64,000 bases of DNA from the NCBI RefSeq assembly GCF_016432865.1, contig NC_067403.1:241490001-241554000 (forward strand), given 5' to 3'. The notes under the pieces were generated by a model, which searched no databases, was not told the origin of the DNA, and worked only from the letters and a program-made list of their open reading frames with translations. Positions 61,014 through 64,000 of this stretch are shown one piece after another; position 1 is the stretch's first letter, and the number at the start of each line of letters is the position of its first letter. The translations under genes and the position numbers were made by a program. This stretch comes from Antechinus flavipes (lineage: Eukaryota).

Positions 61014-61787
61014 AAAGAAAAAGGACAGAGATGGCTTACTGCCCTAAAGAATCAACTGCATGTAATGGGTAAATGCAGTGTGATAAGAAAAATACATTTC
61101 CTGGGGGAAACAGTGTTTGTCAAAAATACAAATGATGGATCATCAAATGGAAATGACTTTCTTGGTCGTCTTCAAGCAGAATTTGTGGTGGGAATTGGAT
61201 TTGCTTGGAAATACAGAGAACAGCAAGGGTTAATGTGGAGTCAAAGTTGTGACATCAGATTCCACTTTCAAAAGATCCTCATGTTTGCTTAGTTGGAAAG
61301 ATGAAGGTCCTCATGAAGGCTCTTGAGAAAAGTCCTGTGCCCCAAACCCTCACATTGGGGGAAAAGACACAGACATTGGAGATGAGAATGTTATGAAAAA
61401 TAGAGGAAAAAAAAGCAAAACACAAAATTAAGTGACATTTGTTTGGATCAATCCTAGAGATTCTTGAGAAGTCTCTTCCCCATCCTGCCGCCTTCTCCAC
61501 CTAGAATCTTGAGTTTCAGAAAAATTCCAGCATTAGAGAAGATTACAAATTGGATCCTTTTTGCTTTACGTTAGCCTGGTATCAAGTGAGAGAAGTTGCC
61601 TGTGATTTTTCATTTTGAGTTTGTCGAAGCAGCAGTGATGGCAAGTCAAATTTGCCTTACTCTTTCTATCCTTTGTAACTTGCCTTGCCGGTGTTTGTTA
61701 GCTTGTGGACTGAAGCATTCCTTCAGAGGACATCCTTTTGCCGTGCCGTGCCGTCAGTGAGAGTCTTAATTCTGAGAAGTTAGACTC

Positions 61788-62061
61788 TTATGAGAAGTTA
61801 ACGATATTCAAGGAATTCATTGTCCTTTTGAATTCTTTTTTGGATATCAGTGAAGGTTTGAAGCCATGTTTTCTTTTTGCTTTAAGTTTTCCCCTTTCTC
61901 CAAGAAGACTGTGCTGATCTTTCTTGGTCAGGTTAGGTCTTCCAGGAAGTTTCCATTTGTTTTTGTTCCGTTTCCTTTTTACAGGGAGCTTAGGGGTCAG
62001 AGAGAAAGTTTTGTCCAGCAGCATGGACATCGACGTGACTTTTGGAATCCAGCACAGCGAC
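61788..62061 (-). CDS. Candidate terminal coding exon of the neighbouring gene (possibly AGBL2); reading frame uncertain
   Basis: Strong acceptor tttttatgcctttttcag|; the longest frame is 90 Lys/Arg-rich codons (SLCWIPKVTSMSMLLDK...KRKRNKNKWK...NFS*); poly(A) signal downstream; peptide not recognised. Confidence 0.35.
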
Positions 62062-63202
62062 CTGAAAAAGGCATAAAAAATTGTCTTTCAGCCTTACTGG
62101 GCTCATTTTCACTGTAGCTATCCCATCTCCCATATAACATCGAGGCCCCTTCCAAACCTGCCTTTTCATAAGGGTGAGAGGTGGGAATGGGGAGAGCTTT
62201 ATCTTGAAAGAAATGCTGGCCTTCACACTTGAAACCACATTAAGACTCTTTATAAGACTTCCCTTTCTCCACCTCCTCTCCTAGGAGACTACTCTCAGAA
62301 ACCTCAGACTAATCTGATTTGGGCATGTTAACTTTGTTGCCTGCACAGAATTTTATCAGTATTTAGAACCAGAAAGGACCTTAGACTTGGCCTAACCTAA
62401 TCCCCTCGTTTTGTAGAGGAATAAATTGAGACTCAAGTGAGGTAAAACATCAGACCACAGATTCAATGCTCTTTCCAGTGGACAAGTAGTTCCCTTGTTT
62501 CTTATGAGATCCTACTTGATAGGAACTTTTCAGCAGATTTCTAAAGATTAGAATAGAAATGAAATTGCCTCTGCTAAGAAGGAGCTCCACATGATCATCA
62601 GGCTTCCATATTGTGAAAAAGTTGGATAAATCCACATTAACTGATTGAAAAGTTTAAGTTCTGAGGAGCTACTTGTAAATTTTCCCCAGTCTTATGGTTA
62701 AGAGGTTGCTGAACAGAGCCTCGAAAAGAATGCTCTCTTCCTTGCTCAGATTATTAAAATGAGGGGTGATGGAGGGGCGGCTCCAACAACTGAGAGATCA
62801 GCAAGACCCTAGCCAGTATCAACCCATTGAAAATGCCTGAATTAAGAGTCGACCATATGAAACCACAGCCAACTGTTGGGTGCTATTAGTAAATAATAGG
62901 TTGAACAATCTACAAGTAGGTACCCCTGGAGTAAGGCGTGAATCATTTATTACTGAAAGCCTTTGGGTGGCATGCCATCCAAGCATGGATGTATGGCATC
63001 AATCTCCAGGAAAAGGGCAAATCTACATGGTGTAACTAAAGTAACAATGTCTGCTGTTCCCAAGTCTGGGCTGTAATCCTTTCAATGGAAGTAGCAAGGA
63101 ACCTGGGCTGTAAGAAGAGAAGGTTGGGGTTAGGGTTCAAGTCATACATTTCCCCTATTCAGAACACTGGGATTTGGAGCAGGAAAATGGATCCTTGATC
63201 AC

Positions 63203-63337
63203 CTATCAAGCCTTCTAAACTGAAGGCCATGGAAGTAGAGAACTTGGGAAGATAATCTCTTGGAAACGGTTTTGTTAACAGGTGTAACAAAAGGCTAGGG
63301 CTGTTGGTGTCAGATTGGGTTACTTTAAATGAGGAAT
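63203..63337 (-). CDS. Candidate internal exon of the same neighbouring gene
   Basis: tttttttttatggatcttag| acceptor and a weak G|gtgatc donor; 135 nt, only the phase-1 frame is open (DSSFKVTQSDTNSPSLL...); not recognised. Confidence 0.2.
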
Positions 63338-64000
63338 CTAAGATCCATAAAAAAAAAATTCTTGAAGGAAAATTCCAGAAATGACAAAAACCCTGAGGGT
63401 CTAGGAAGGAGAGCCCCAAACACCATAATTTTCTTGAAATTAGAAAAAATTTTTGAAGGATAGAAAATTTAATCCTTGAGCACATTAAAGGTTATGGGAT
63501 TAAGATGTATGAGTGAGTGCCATGCTAAGAACACTAATAGATCAGAAAGGGCTTCTGGAATAAAATTAGCATAGGACCAATGGGGAGTTAACACTAGGTG
63601 GTTTTATATTCTTAAAACTCCAGGACCCAGGGGCTCCATGAGCCAAGTTTTCCATCTCTGTTACTGGAAGACAAAAGCTTCCTACAAATTTTTTAAAATG
63701 GCGGGAGGAGAAGCTTCTAATGGACTAGTCTCCCACTGAAAAATGGTATAGGTCCACTTGGTACAGACTATGCTAAAGGGCACAAATAGCAAAGATGCTT
63801 TTTCCCATTTACAACTGAGAAAAAAAGCATCCGGGTGGAAAATGATTTGTTCAACTGTTGACTAGATTGGTAAAGGAACCAAGACTTGGAAGAAGGGAGA
63901 GCTGGTTCCATGGTGATGTCTTTTCGTATATTTTATATGGAATAATGCAGTGCTAGCCCAAGCAAACAACTTGCATATGAGGTTTTGGAGAGGGATAATA

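Overview
Mammalian genomic DNA from a marsupial, probably an Australian dasyurid, judged from WSINE1-like and MAR1-like SINEs, a marsupial-type hAT MITE and characteristic L1 3' ends. It is syntenic with human 11p11.2. Gene order: last two coding exons of PTPMT1 (+); KBTBD4 (-, 3 coding exons, with a 1-nt homopolymer frameshift in the last); NDUFS3 (+, 7 coding exons, 269 aa, head-to-head with KBTBD4 in a CpG island); FAM180B (+, 3 exons, 186 aa); C1QTNF4 (-, one coding exon, 328 aa, plus a putative non-coding first exon carrying an RE1/REST-like site); a repeat-rich interval with a 156-N gap; the complete MTCH2 gene (-, 13 coding exons, 305 aa); and low-confidence terminal exons and a poly(A) site of the next minus-strand gene (AGBL2 by synteny only). 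Exon boundaries were derived by hand from GT/AG sites, reading phase and recalled orthologous protein sequences. No database searches were run, so repeat family names and cross-species comparisons come from memory. The most notable observations all lie in MTCH2: a TGA-TAG-TAA in-frame stop arrangement matching the described double read-through, a diverged paralogue-like copy of the terminal exon in intron 12, a short interstitial telomeric array between 41-bp direct repeats, and a hairpin-rich cryptic exon candidate. There is no CRISPR array, rRNA or tRNA gene.
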